Of a DNA stretch of 42,581 nucleotides, positions 19,749-30,345 are shown piece by piece. Origin of the DNA: Trichomonas gallinae (Eukaryota). Location of the stretch: the NCBI GenBank assembly GCA_008369845.1, contig MRSU01003724.1, forward strand, positions 1-42,581. The letters are read 5' to 3'. Position numbers and translations under genes: made by a program. The notes beneath the pieces are model-generated. The model did not search any database. It was not told the origin of the DNA and saw nothing but the letters and a program-made list of their open reading frames with translations. Every line of letters begins with the position of its first letter. The stretch's first letter is position 1.

Positions 19749-21680
19749 ATGAGTGACGGACTCATTCTGGCTCATGATGATGCTGCCACTCTAGAATCAG
19801 CGAAAGCAGCAATTCAAGAACGTTATTTTTTCAACATGTTTCAATATGAGGACGATATTATCCGAATTTTAGAAAATTCACATTTGCCTTTTACAGAAGC
19901 TCGTAGTCTCCTGCAGCAGTTCATTGATTACGATGAATCAGAAATTTCACGACATCGCATCTTTCATCATATAAACGTCAATTTTGAAAACAATATAACG
20001 AATTTCATTGAATTTTTACGAGAATCAGACACAGTTTTGGACATAGGAATGCATAAAAGGATTGCTGATGAATTAAAAAATGAAGCTAATGTACGGGCAC
20101 AATATGTAGCAGATCTAAAGGAGAGATATAGTGCACAGCAAACAGAATTGAAAGAAACAAATCAGAGAATTTCGGATGCAGAAACAAATTATAGAAATTT
20201 ACAGCAGGAATTAGAAACAAAGCAGGCAGAGTTAACAGCAATTAATATAGAATATCAAGCACTTAAAGAAAATCATATTACTGAGACAAAAAATGTCCAA
20301 AATGCGTTGGATGTCTTAAAAACAGAGGAGAATCGCTATTTTAGACAAGATAAGATGAATAAATTCATAATACGTAACCTAAATGACGAAAAATCTGTTC
20401 TTGAAAAAGAAATTAATTTTCGAAACCGAGAAGAAGAGTATTATTCTAAAGAACAGGATGAAAATGACAAAACTCTCTGCTGCCCACTCTTATTCAATGG
20501 ATATTACCATAAATTCAAGAAAACGGGCTGTTTTGAATTACTATTTTACACATTCATCCTGCTTATCGGTGCTATTACAATTGGTGGAGCATTAACCGGC
20601 CAACCAGATGCAGCCCTGCCATTTGTGCATGATGTTCTCTACAAAGTGCTTCCTTTCTTTACTGCATCGCTCGGGGCTTTTATAGTCTTCCTATGCAAAC
20701 TTTTCTGCGACAAAGAGAGTCCTGAGACATTTTTATTCGTAGTAGACAAAAGAATAATGATTTCCTCTATGAACTTTGTCTGCGGAATCATCGAAATTTT
20801 CATGTATTTGTTCAGATTTAGCCCTGTCGCGCTAGTTTTGTACAAGTCTTTGCTTGGTCTACCAATAGGCGTGCTTTCAGTCCTAATTCCGACATCCTTG
20901 TGCCACATAGGCGTCAAAACACAGCCAACAATTATGCTACTGTCGTTTGTTTCAGCAATGGCGCTGGGAGTCTTCATCGTGCAGCCCTTAAGGAATCAGT
21001 GGATGAAATTCTTTTCTGTCTTTCCTTTCGCGCAGATGATTCTGGTTTGGGCGATAAACAGAAAAGTTTTCAGGTTCCTAGACTTGGATGCTGATTTCAT
21101 TGAAGGATTTAAATTCCACCTGGAGCCGGTTGTCGTATATTTGAATTGCGCGCAGCCATTTTTCGGCTCGTTCACTATCTGGTTTGCGATTCAAAAGCTC
21201 AACTATGAAACATTTGACATCGTTTATCTTGGCGCCGGTTTGTTCTGCGGCTCATTCCTTTTCGTCTGTCTGGTGCTGATTCTCCAGAAGAATGTTTTCA
21301 AGAAGATTGAGCAGAAGAAAGACTATGTGCTTATTGGCTTGATTGCGCCGTCGATCATCTTGGAATTCGTCGGCTTAGGACTTTGTCTCAGAAACATCGT
21401 TTTCAAGGGGCTGTTAGTCGCATGCATAGGAAATGGGCTCGGCTTGATGCTCATCATTTACCTTCCATACCTGGCAACGCTAACAAGGATCAGACCGAAA
21501 ACATTTGCATTCAACTGGACTCTGTTTTGGCTTTCCACAGGGTTTTGCACAATTTTAATCACATTAATCTCACTCAAGGCGTGGCTTATTTTGTCGATGT
21601 GCCAGCTATTCCTTGGCATAGCTGCCGTAACAACATGCATTTTGCTGTACATGCTTCCAAACAGCTCTGTTATGTTATAA
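19749..21680 (+). CDS. Helical N-domain + coiled coil + multi-TM MFS/sugar-transporter-like protein
   Basis: Coiled coil at about aa 105-235, then 10-12 hydrophobic segments; KSLLGLPIGVLSVLIPTSL and AFNWTLFW resemble sugar-porter helices. Confidence 0.75.
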   Translation: MSDGLILAHDDAATLESAKAAIQERYFFNMFQYEDDIIRILENSHLPFTEARSLLQQFIDYDESEISRHRIFHHINVNFENNITNFIEFLRESDTVLDIGMHKRIADELKNEANVRAQYVADLKERYSAQQTELKETNQRISDAETNYRNLQQELETKQAELTAINIEYQALKENHITETKNVQNALDVLKTEENRYFRQDKMNKFIIRNLNDEKSVLEKEINFRNREEEYYSKEQDENDKTLCCPLLFNGYYHKFKKTGCFELLFYTFILLIGAITIGGALTGQPDAALPFVHDVLYKVLPFFTASLGAFIVFLCKLFCDKESPETFLFVVDKRIMISSMNFVCGIIEIFMYLFRFSPVALVLYKSLLGLPIGVLSVLIPTSLCHIGVKTQPTIMLLSFVSAMALGVFIVQPLRNQWMKFFSVFPFAQMILVWAINRKVFRFLDLDADFIEGFKFHLEPVVVYLNCAQPFFGSFTIWFAIQKLNYETFDIVYLGAGLFCGSFLFVCLVLILQKNVFKKIEQKKDYVLIGLIAPSIILEFVGLGLCLRNIVFKGLLVACIGNGLGLMLIIYLPYLATLTRIRPKTFAFNWTLFWLSTGFCTILITLISLKAWLILSMCQLFLGIAAVTTCILLYMLPNSSVML

Positions 21681-21714
21681 AAAATGATTTTAGTTTTTTT
21701 TTTATATTTTTTTG

Positions 21715-22200
21715 ATGTCGCTGAAAGAAGAAAACGAAAAATTAAGAAACAAAATCCAGCAGCTCAGCTTGCAGAGAAACCAAGAAATACTCGAATTGCA
21801 GCACCAGTTCGCAGAAAAATACAAAGCAATCCAAAGACAATCAAATTCGGAACAAGCAATGAAATTAAGGACTGAAAACGAAAGCCTCCATCAGCAGATC
21901 AAAGAACTAACAGAGAAAACTAATACATTAACGCGCCAAATTAAAGAATTAAAAGATGAACAGCAAAGATCTCAAGAATCTGCTGAATCTCTACGCAAGG
22001 ATATAGAATTAGCTAAATCAGGCAAATCAAATCCAATGGATGAATTTTCGGAATTTATTGAACCATTCGAAAAACAAGTCAAAGAATTAGCGAAGATTCT
22101 CTCTCAAAAACAGGCTGAAATAGACAGATTACAGAATGTTGTCCATCAAGAATGCGAAAAAAGAATCCATCTTCAAGCGATTCTTGATTCCAAGCATTAA
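21715..22200 (+). CDS. Hypothetical coiled-coil protein
   Basis: 161-aa E/Q/K heptad ORF from ATG 21715. Confidence 0.75.
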   Translation: MSLKEENEKLRNKIQQLSLQRNQEILELQHQFAEKYKAIQRQSNSEQAMKLRTENESLHQQIKELTEKTNTLTRQIKELKDEQQRSQESAESLRKDIELAKSGKSNPMDEFSEFIEPFEKQVKELAKILSQKQAEIDRLQNVVHQECEKRIHLQAILDSKH

Positions 22201-22693
22201 TCATGCGGTTATTACTATACATATATAGAAGAAATCTTGCGCTTCGGTTTAATTGAAACACAAATCATATACTTATTATTAAGAATTCACAGTTGATGTC
22301 ATACATTTTTTTGAATTTGCGTTTTATTGCCTAATAATTCATTTGCTAAATCAAAACACCCACAAAAAGAAGCTTTACCACAAAACTGTGATATATACTT
22401 TCATGATAATATTGCGAATATTTAAAATATTGCTAATCAACATTAATTAATTATTAATTAGGAATACAAATCAATTTAAAGGTTATTTGCTAGCCATTTA
22501 TTAAAAAAAAACAGTAATTTCGAAAAAATTGATATTTTTGTCAATAAATCCAATGGTTTCACCAATCAACTTATTTATTCCATGGTATTTTCAGGTTGGC
22601 AGACAAAACAAGACAGAAAATCTGTTGATGGTTAATTTTTGACAAAAAGTAACAAAATTTTAGGATTTTTTGAAATTTTTTTTTTGATAAGCG

Positions 22694-23410
22694 ATGATTC
22701 GGCTTAAGGGGGGAGATAATAAATGGGGTATGTGTAGCTGATTGCACAGTTTCTTTTCATAATAAAACTGAAGAGCTAATGGAAGCATCCTATAAATACC
22801 CATTTCCGCCTTCTTGTTGTCCCATCAAGTTTTCAGCAACATTCAATGGTGTCACAAAGACATCGACATTAGCGCACTCTGACGATTCTCGATTGATTTA
22901 TGATGACACATTAGCATCAAATGATTTCGATGTGATAACTCAGTTAATTGAAGACGGAAGAACTCGTGTAGACTATGGATGCCTTAAGAAGGATGAGAAA
23001 TGTTATGCAACTGTATCATTTGTTACAACATTAACACATTTCCAAAACTCGCTGCTTTTGATCTTCCCTGCCATCCTAAAAGCAGAGTCTCAGCATAAAA
23101 TAACATATGACATGGCTTTTGTCATACGGGACGTTCTCAAAATAATAGAAATTTCCCAAATGATAACGTAATAAGGTTCGGTGACAGGTTTGAATCGCTT
23201 TTCGATTCACCAGTTCTAATTTCTGCAGCCGTAAGACAACGGGCGAGTGAATACGTGCGGATGTCTGCAATGCTCGAAAGCCTGTCTGCTGAGCGAGTTA
23301 TGTTCGACCAGGCAGCTTCCATGTGCAAATTCGGCAAAAACAATCCGGCTGTTGTTGTCGTTGGCTCCAACTTTCACTGTGAAATGACCAGAAAGCTTCG
23401 GTGAGTTCAA
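22694..23410 (+). pseudogene. VIT/vWA-domain gene remnant
   Basis: MIRLKGEIINGVCVADCTVSFHNKTEELMEASYKYPFP (after removing one G from the G6 run at 22708-22713) resembles a VIT domain; stops follow, then vWA-like VMFDQAASM and VVVVGSNF fragments. Confidence 0.6.
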
Positions 23411-23644
23411 TGAAGAGCAGTTATAGAATCACTGAAGATTCATTTTGTAAAATAGCAAATTAATAAATTATTATCGAAAAAATGCATAGAAATATTCCGA
23501 TTTTTAAGTATTTTTCTATTAAATAATTAAAAATGGACCAAGTTTATTATTTAGATATGAATTTCTATTATTCCAAAATGTCAAAAAACGAAATTTAAAG
23601 AAAAATACCATGAAAGAAAGTAAAAATAGTTGTTTAGAATTGGA

Positions 23645-24217
23645 ATGGATCAAGTGTTAGAGAAGAAAATGTTCCTGAATAAAGGGATGTTTCTGATCAC
23701 CAACGACGAAAAGAGCCCTAAAACATACAAAGAATCAGTCAATATTAAGATTTTTGGCTATTTTCAGAAAGAAAAATTAGAATATGTTCGTGTTTACTTA
23801 TCTTTTGATTACGATGTTTACACACTTTTGAAATGCGAGATCACAGAAGATCAAATGCACGAAATAACAAAGAAAATCGATTGGGCCATTCCATTTGATC
23901 AGTTTCCAGTGGAACTGTCTCTAATGTTTGATCCCAAGGCCAACAAAAATTCAATGATTGATATACTTTATACAATTACTCCATTTAATGGAAAGTTGAC
24001 ATTTCATGAAATAACTCAATCCCAGAGACTCTACTTGTTCACATTGACATTCGTTGATGCTGATCCTGCGGAATGTTTCTCAAATGCGCAAGTTAGATAT
24101 AACGATGTTCGAAATGACTTAGCAAGCCTCGACAAACAAATGCAGCATATATACAAGTATTTGCATGAAAAGAATCCGAAGTTACTTGAAATGATAAAAT
24201 CGGAAAAATTATTTTGA
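23645..24217 (+). CDS. SAS-6-like (SAS6L-type) protein: SAS-6 head domain with short coiled coil
   Basis: VRVYLSFDYDVYTLLKCEITEDQM...IPFDQFP...LTFHE...LFTLTF...RYN...KNPKLL follows the SAS6L pattern as recalled; divergent, recognised by eye only. Confidence 0.65.
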   Translation: MDQVLEKKMFLNKGMFLITNDEKSPKTYKESVNIKIFGYFQKEKLEYVRVYLSFDYDVYTLLKCEITEDQMHEITKKIDWAIPFDQFPVELSLMFDPKANKNSMIDILYTITPFNGKLTFHEITQSQRLYLFTLTFVDADPAECFSNAQVRYNDVRNDLASLDKQMQHIYKYLHEKNPKLLEMIKSEKLF

Positions 24218-24479
24218 TCGATTTTTCGGTTATTTCTTGGATATTTCTCATATACACTTATTGTTAGACTGTTTGTAAAAAATTGTTTGTATAAATTTTT
24301 TTCGATGCAAAATTTAGCATGCATATAATATTCCCACCCACTACTTTATAAAATTTCCGTGGTTTTCCCAATTTTTCAATAAAATTTCGAAGTTAGCGAA
24401 ATTTTTGTCGAACTGTGGCTCTCAGACATAGAAGAATATGATTTTCAAATTTTGGTTTTTATCCATTTTTTATTATTTT

Positions 24480-25712
24480 ATGAATGAGATTATTGTCGGT
24501 TCTAAGTACCGAATAAAGAAGAAACGCGGCAGTGGAAGCTTCGGAGATATCTACGCCGGGGAGCACATCATTACACTGGAAGAAGTTGCCGTTAAATTTG
24601 AGTCTGTCGACAATATTCCACCTCAGTTGCTTTGTGAATCAAAAATCTACAAAACATTGAGGGGAGGAGTAGGAATTCCTGATATCAAATGGTACGGTGT
24701 TGAAGGAGACTACAATGTTATGGTCATTGAACTGCTGTCATCGACTTTGGAAAATTTGTTGGATGAATGCCAACGAAGTTTCTCGTTAAAGACAGTTTTA
24801 ATGATCGCAGATCAAATGTTATCGAGAATTCAATATATTCACAATAATGGAATCTTACATAGAGATATTAAGCCAGAAAACTTTATGCTTGGTACAGATA
24901 AGAATCAGAACATCATATACTCAATTGACTTTGGTCTATCCAAAAGATATTTAGATCCAAAAACTGGAAAACATATTCCACAGATTGACGGAAGAACTTT
25001 ATTAGGTACAGCACGCTACGCATCACTTAATACACATAGAGGAATTGAACAGAGCCGACGTGATGACTTAGAAAGCATTGCATACGTTTTGATATATTTG
25101 TTAAAAGGTTCCTTGCCATGGCAAGGTTTTAAAGAAGAAAACAGAACGAGGAAGCATCAATTAATCTACGATTGCAAATTGAAAACAACTCCGGAAGAAC
25201 TCTGCAGTGGTTTACCGATTGAGTTCGTGAACTTCTTGACTTCAGTCCGCGCGTTAGGGTTCAAGGAGGATCCAGATTACACAAAGTATAGATCTGATTT
25301 TAGAGCACTTTTTGAGCGCCTTGGCTTTGTCTATGACTATAAATATGATTGGGTTCTTAGAGCAGAGCTTGTTCGCGCAACTGATACAAGATCAATGTCT
25401 GCAGATAACTTAACTCCAACAGCTGTGATGGGAGAATCGCCTGGAATCTCAGCTCAACCAAGTAATATGAATTCAAAATTAATTACTTCTGGATCAGCTG
25501 CATCAGTGCAATTGAATATGAAAAGCAATCTCAATCACGTTAGAACTGCAACGCCTCTTATTACAATTGCACAACAAAATCATCCACAAGCAAATGCACT
25601 TAAATCTTCAGCAACAGTGGGACAAATGCCAACACGACAAAAGATATCTCCTCAAACATCTTTACTTTATGCAATGAAAAATGGACATTTCAATCCACCA
25701 AAGAAAAAATAA
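24480..25712 (+). CDS. Casein kinase 1 family kinase
   Basis: GSGSFGDIY, VAVK, LHRDIKPENF, IDFGL, GTARYASLNTH, EQSRRDDLES, LPWQG. Confidence 0.98.
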   Translation: MNEIIVGSKYRIKKKRGSGSFGDIYAGEHIITLEEVAVKFESVDNIPPQLLCESKIYKTLRGGVGIPDIKWYGVEGDYNVMVIELLSSTLENLLDECQRSFSLKTVLMIADQMLSRIQYIHNNGILHRDIKPENFMLGTDKNQNIIYSIDFGLSKRYLDPKTGKHIPQIDGRTLLGTARYASLNTHRGIEQSRRDDLESIAYVLIYLLKGSLPWQGFKEENRTRKHQLIYDCKLKTTPEELCSGLPIEFVNFLTSVRALGFKEDPDYTKYRSDFRALFERLGFVYDYKYDWVLRAELVRATDTRSMSADNLTPTAVMGESPGISAQPSNMNSKLITSGSAASVQLNMKSNLNHVRTATPLITIAQQNHPQANALKSSATVGQMPTRQKISPQTSLLYAMKNGHFNPPKKK

Positions 25713-25862
25713 TAGTTTGATAATATGTCTTGTTGTGACTTTTTTGTTATTGTTTTAATATTTGTGTTTATACAGTAAATAATAATTTTACATGTTATAA
25801 TATATAAAACATTTAAATGAACAAACAAATGAAATTTTTCGTAACAAAACTAATTCTTTTGG

Positions 25863-26375
25863 TTAAGACTGTGAGCTAGGATCGATTTTAGAAGCAGCGG
25901 GAGAATTTGAATTCTGATTTTCGTTATTCTTTTCATGATCGATGTAAATTGAGCGGCGCGAGCCATTTTCTTCATTCGAGCGATGTGATTCGTTTTCATC
26001 ATTACTTATAAGATCGATTTGTTCGGGTTCTTGATTATTCAATTTGTAAAGTTGTGGCTGACTTTCAGGAGGTATGTTGTGATCAGAATGCTTCTTGCAT
26101 TTTCTCTTTTTATACTTTCTTGGAGTTGTTTCTTGTTCTTGATTTGAGGATGATTTTCGATAACATTTCTTTCTATCTCTTCTCTTCTTACATCTGATAA
26201 AACATACTATGGCAATAATAAGAATGACAATAACGACGAATGCTATAAGATACGGAAATGCAATCATAAAACTTGTCATATGATTTTCTAAGGTCTCCCT
26301 CCTCATCCTGATGCGCTTCCCTCGTTTATGCACTACCTTAGCAGCGAGAGATTTCGCCAAAATCTTGGAAAGCAT
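25863..26375 (-). CDS. Hypothetical single-TM protein (start uncertain: 26375, 26306 or 26279)
   Basis: TM segment PYLIAFVVIVILIIAIVCFI followed by basic RCKKRRDRKK and a disordered tail. Confidence 0.55.
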   Translation of the reverse strand: MLSKILAKSLAAKVVHKRGKRIRMRRETLENHMTSFMIAFPYLIAFVVIVILIIAIVCFIRCKKRRDRKKCYRKSSSNQEQETTPRKYKKRKCKKHSDHNIPPESQPQLYKLNNQEPEQIDLISNDENESHRSNEENGSRRSIYIDHEKNNENQNSNSPAASKIDPSSQS

Positions 26376-27050
26376 TAATTTTTGAATTGATGGAAACAAT
26401 GTTCTCAATGGCTTTCATTCAAATATTGCATTGAATTCCACAACAATGATTTTGGGATAAAGATGTTTTATAATTCAGATATTCGCTTTCCTTACAAATG
26501 TCACTTTGCGTGCGTTTACAATCCAATTTTTTTGTAATCAATACAATTAATGCAGTACATAATATTATTTCGGCTTTCAAATAAATTTTCTGCAAATTCT
26601 CTTACAAATACTTGAGTTGTTTATAACTGTCGCACCATGATTAATGCACACTATTGATGATTTTTGCTGGCTGATAAATCTGAACCGACTGGCAAAATAA
26701 CTTGATTGATATTTCATGGTTTTAGACGAGCATATAATATGGCTCGAAGATGCATGCGTGGCCGTCATAGTCGCGGGCGTGCTTCAATTATATTTCGACT
26801 TTAAATTTTTTCATTTTAAAAATAAATGCGCATTTCTTGCCGATTGATATTAATTCATATTTCAATGCAGATGAACAGCTTGTTGTCAAATAATCAGATA
26901 ATAGCTATTTATTTTTTTCATTCAACTGAAAATAAAAATGCTATCAACTCTATTTGAAGAAGCAATTTCATTACTTGAGGAAAAATGAGGATTTTCATAT
27001 AGATAAATAAGAACACAAACATATTTAGATACAGATAAACAAAATAACAA

Positions 27051-27497
27051 TTATTCAACCCAGAACCTTGGTAATGGAGTATTAGATGGATGATCTTGTT
27101 TCATTAACCTCAAAATCATATATGAATGATCATCTTCATTTGAATCTTCTATCTTTCTAAGATAAATCATCTTGCTGCATATAAATTTTTGCGATTTGCG
27201 GCTTGAACCTTCAATTGAATTAAGTCTGAGGTCCATTAGACGCAGTTTTTCTCGTTCAATTTCTCTGTTGAACTTTGTATCGGTCTTTGGTGCAATCAGA
27301 TATATTACATCGCCATCAATCATCGAATACTCCTTGAATGTCAATGATTCAATGACTATTCTCATTTTATATATGATTTTGCATTCTGCATTTTTGACAT
27401 CTTTTAGAACAGAGAGTCGCTGGTTGGGGTTCACAATGATATTCCTAACACCATCAATGCAGCTGATGGTCTTGAGCGAAAGGGAGCAGGTGCACAT
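27051..27497 (-). CDS. Small protein with ubiquitin-like N-domain
   Basis: IIYKMRIVIESLTFKEYSMIDGDVIYLI fits a ubiquitin fold end; followed by EKLRLMDL and a PSNTPLPRFW tail. Confidence 0.7.
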   Translation of the reverse strand: MCTCSLSLKTISCIDGVRNIIVNPNQRLSVLKDVKNAECKIIYKMRIVIESLTFKEYSMIDGDVIYLIAPKTDTKFNREIEREKLRLMDLRLNSIEGSSRKSQKFICSKMIYLRKIEDSNEDDHSYMILRLMKQDHPSNTPLPRFWVE

Positions 27498-28655
27498 CCA
27501 GAATTCTGAATTTTTTATTCCCTCTCAAATAATAATGGCGAACATTCAATTTTGACCATCTCGAATACTGCACAATATTGGCAGCATCGATTATATTTTT
27601 AATATGGAAAAGTTTCTCTGAAAAAATTGATGAAAAGCCACAGTTTGAATGTGGTTTTGTTCTCATACCATAATAATTCATAGGAATTCATCTGCTCTGA
27701 TTTGGGAATGCTTATGAATTCTGGCCAACTGAGCATACATTAGAAGAGCACTATGATAAAAATGTTGCTCGCTAAAAGGTGAGTTTGTAAGCATAACGTG
27801 CTCTACCTTATAGTTAATATAATTACAATGTATTGATGACTTGGAAGACAGGGATATAAAAATTAGTATAAAAGAGATCATATAATTTTATTCTCTTTTT
27901 ATTTCATCGGATCGGATTTTAATTATATCAATTTATGATGTGCTATGATATTGTTTATTATTACATTCACGAATGACGATAAATTACCTAATTTTGATCC
28001 TCTCGCAATTATTCTTCAGTTTCTCGATTTTGAAGCCTAATATGATAATTAATTACAGATTTAATATGGATTAATCATATTTTTATATGATAATTTTGCA
28101 TTTTCAAAATTTCTTAATTTTTTATTTGCCTATTTAGACAATGTCATATTAAATAATGTGAAGTATACAATGCAACAAGAAGATATATCGTCATACTTAT
28201 GTTACACTTTTGATTTTATAATTTGCTAGAGAAATCAGTTTTTCTGTGATAGACACAATATATAGATTATTAGGATTCTATAATTCATGTTTTTTTAGAA
28301 AATAAATATTTTGGGAAAAAGGTCAGATAAATATATACATCCATATCACCAAATTCTTATTTTGAAGATTTCATATCAAAATAGCAGTTGGAAAAAAAGA
28401 TTTCAATCATCTGTTCGGTTATTTTCCATTGCTCTTCGTAAATCCTTGCAATTCATCGCAGCGACCCTTCCTGCGACTGCTATATCGGAATTTAATTTTT
28501 CGAATTGAAAATGTCTGTTCGATTTTAGCGGGCCAATTTCAAAATTTTGGCGATTTTAAATCACGCAAACAGCTTTTGGGCAGTAAAGGAGTATAACACA
28601 CGTGCTAAAAATCCGAACAATTTTGATACGCTATCGTTTTCCTTTCACTTGAGAA

Positions 28656-29891
28656 ATGCTTTCTTCGTTCTCTAGGTCTTATTTCAAAGGCCACTACTTA
28701 GACACACAGGCGACAAGTGTCTTGGACCCAAGAGTCTTCGATGCAATGATCCCATACGAAACATTCGCACATGGTAACGCGCATTCAAAGCAGCACGGAT
28801 ATGGGCAAGAGGCTATGGTGGCTGTTGAGAAGGCCAGAAAGTCTGTTGCTGACTTAGTGAACGCACGACCAAATGAAATTGTCTTTACATCAGGTGCAAC
28901 AGAATGTAATAATATCGCAATCAAAGGTGGCATGAGATACCTTAAAAATAAGGGAAAGAAACATGTTATTGTATCATCAATTGATCACAAATGTGTTATT
29001 GAGTCTGCACGCGCTCTCCAAAAAGATGGATTCGAAGCTACATTCTTACAAGTTGGAAAGGACGGTCGCGTTGATCCAAAGGAAGTTGCTAACGCTATTA
29101 GACCAGATACAGGTCTTGTGTCATGCATGTTAGTTAACAACGAAATCGGAGCTATTAATCCAATTGAGGAAATTTCGAAGATTTGCAAGAAGAAGGGTGT
29201 TTGGCTCCATACTGATGCAGCTCAAGCATTTGGAAAGATACCAATCGATGTTAGAAAACTCGGTGTCAATTTCATGTCCATTTCCGGCCACAAGATTCAT
29301 GGTCCAAAGGGTATTGGTGCTCTCTTCGTTAGCAACAAGCCTCGTTCACGTGTTGACTCTATTATCAGCGGTGGTGGCCAAGAGAGAAATATCAGGTCCG
29401 GCACTCTTGCAGTTCCTCTCATTGTTGGCTTAGGAAAGGCTGCTGAGATTGCTAAGCGTGAAATGAAGTACGACTCTCCATACATCGAGGCACTTGGCAA
29501 GTATCTAATCGAGCAAGTCACAAAGAGGATTCCGTACGCAACAGTTAATGGATCTCAAACACATCGCTGGTTCGGATGCGTCAACATATCATTCGAGGCA
29601 GTCGAAGGTGAATCCCTCATGGCAACCATTCCAAACTATGCTGTTTCATCAGGTTCTGCTTGCACATCAGCCTCCCTTGAGCCATCTTATGTCCTCAAAG
29701 GCATTGGTGTCGGTGATGAACTTGCTCACACATCTCTCAGGATTGGCATTTCCAAATTTACAACAAAGGAGGAGATTGACCAGTTCATTGACCTCCTAGA
29801 GCATGCTGTAAAGCATCTCCGTGACCTATCCCCACTTTGGGAAATGAAGAAGGGCGGCATTGATCTCTCCCAGGTTGAGTGGATCCAGTAA
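28656..29891 (+). CDS. IscS: Hydrogenosomal cysteine desulfurase (IscS/Nfs1)
   Basis: YLDTQAT, FTSGATE, HTDAAQ, SGHK (PLP Lys), SSGSAC (catalytic Cys), SPLWEM; leader MLSSFSRS; CCTTT and TCACT at 28641-28649. Confidence 0.98.
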   Translation: MLSSFSRSYFKGHYLDTQATSVLDPRVFDAMIPYETFAHGNAHSKQHGYGQEAMVAVEKARKSVADLVNARPNEIVFTSGATECNNIAIKGGMRYLKNKGKKHVIVSSIDHKCVIESARALQKDGFEATFLQVGKDGRVDPKEVANAIRPDTGLVSCMLVNNEIGAINPIEEISKICKKKGVWLHTDAAQAFGKIPIDVRKLGVNFMSISGHKIHGPKGIGALFVSNKPRSRVDSIISGGGQERNIRSGTLAVPLIVGLGKAAEIAKREMKYDSPYIEALGKYLIEQVTKRIPYATVNGSQTHRWFGCVNISFEAVEGESLMATIPNYAVSSGSACTSASLEPSYVLKGIGVGDELAHTSLRIGISKFTTKEEIDQFIDLLEHAVKHLRDLSPLWEMKKGGIDLSQVEWIQ

Positions 29892-30345
29892 GAGTGGTTT
29901 TTTGTTGATTATCCTGTGTATTCCAATTAATTTTTTTTTATGAAATTAAATTTTTCTCTATATATTGAACAATCGTTTTACAGTTTTTCATTCACACTTT
30001 CCACACTTATTATTTGCAAACATTTAAGCCTAGGTCAAAATTTTCGAAATTTGGAAAATCGAAGTCAAATTTGATTTTAAACAGAAAAACATCCACTATA
30101 CAATATGTTTAATTGCAATTCACTAAAAAATAGCGATTTCATGTTCCAATCTCCACTTTTCTCAATTTTTCAAGAAAAGTGAAAAGGTTATTTCCCATAT
30201 ATTTACCGCCCAAATAAGTATATAATCTTAAAAAAAAAAAAATTCGAGGGCAAAAAACTGCTTCGACGTAAATGGTTCAATTAATCGCATACAGAGTACT
30301 GAAGCGATGATATGATTTTTAAGAAAAACCGTAAATCATCAAAAA

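Noticed and set aside
26577..28508. Short ORFs 26577-26768, 27454-27681, 27678-27881 and 28311-28508
   Set aside because: No recognisable motifs or coding-like composition; probably chance ORFs.
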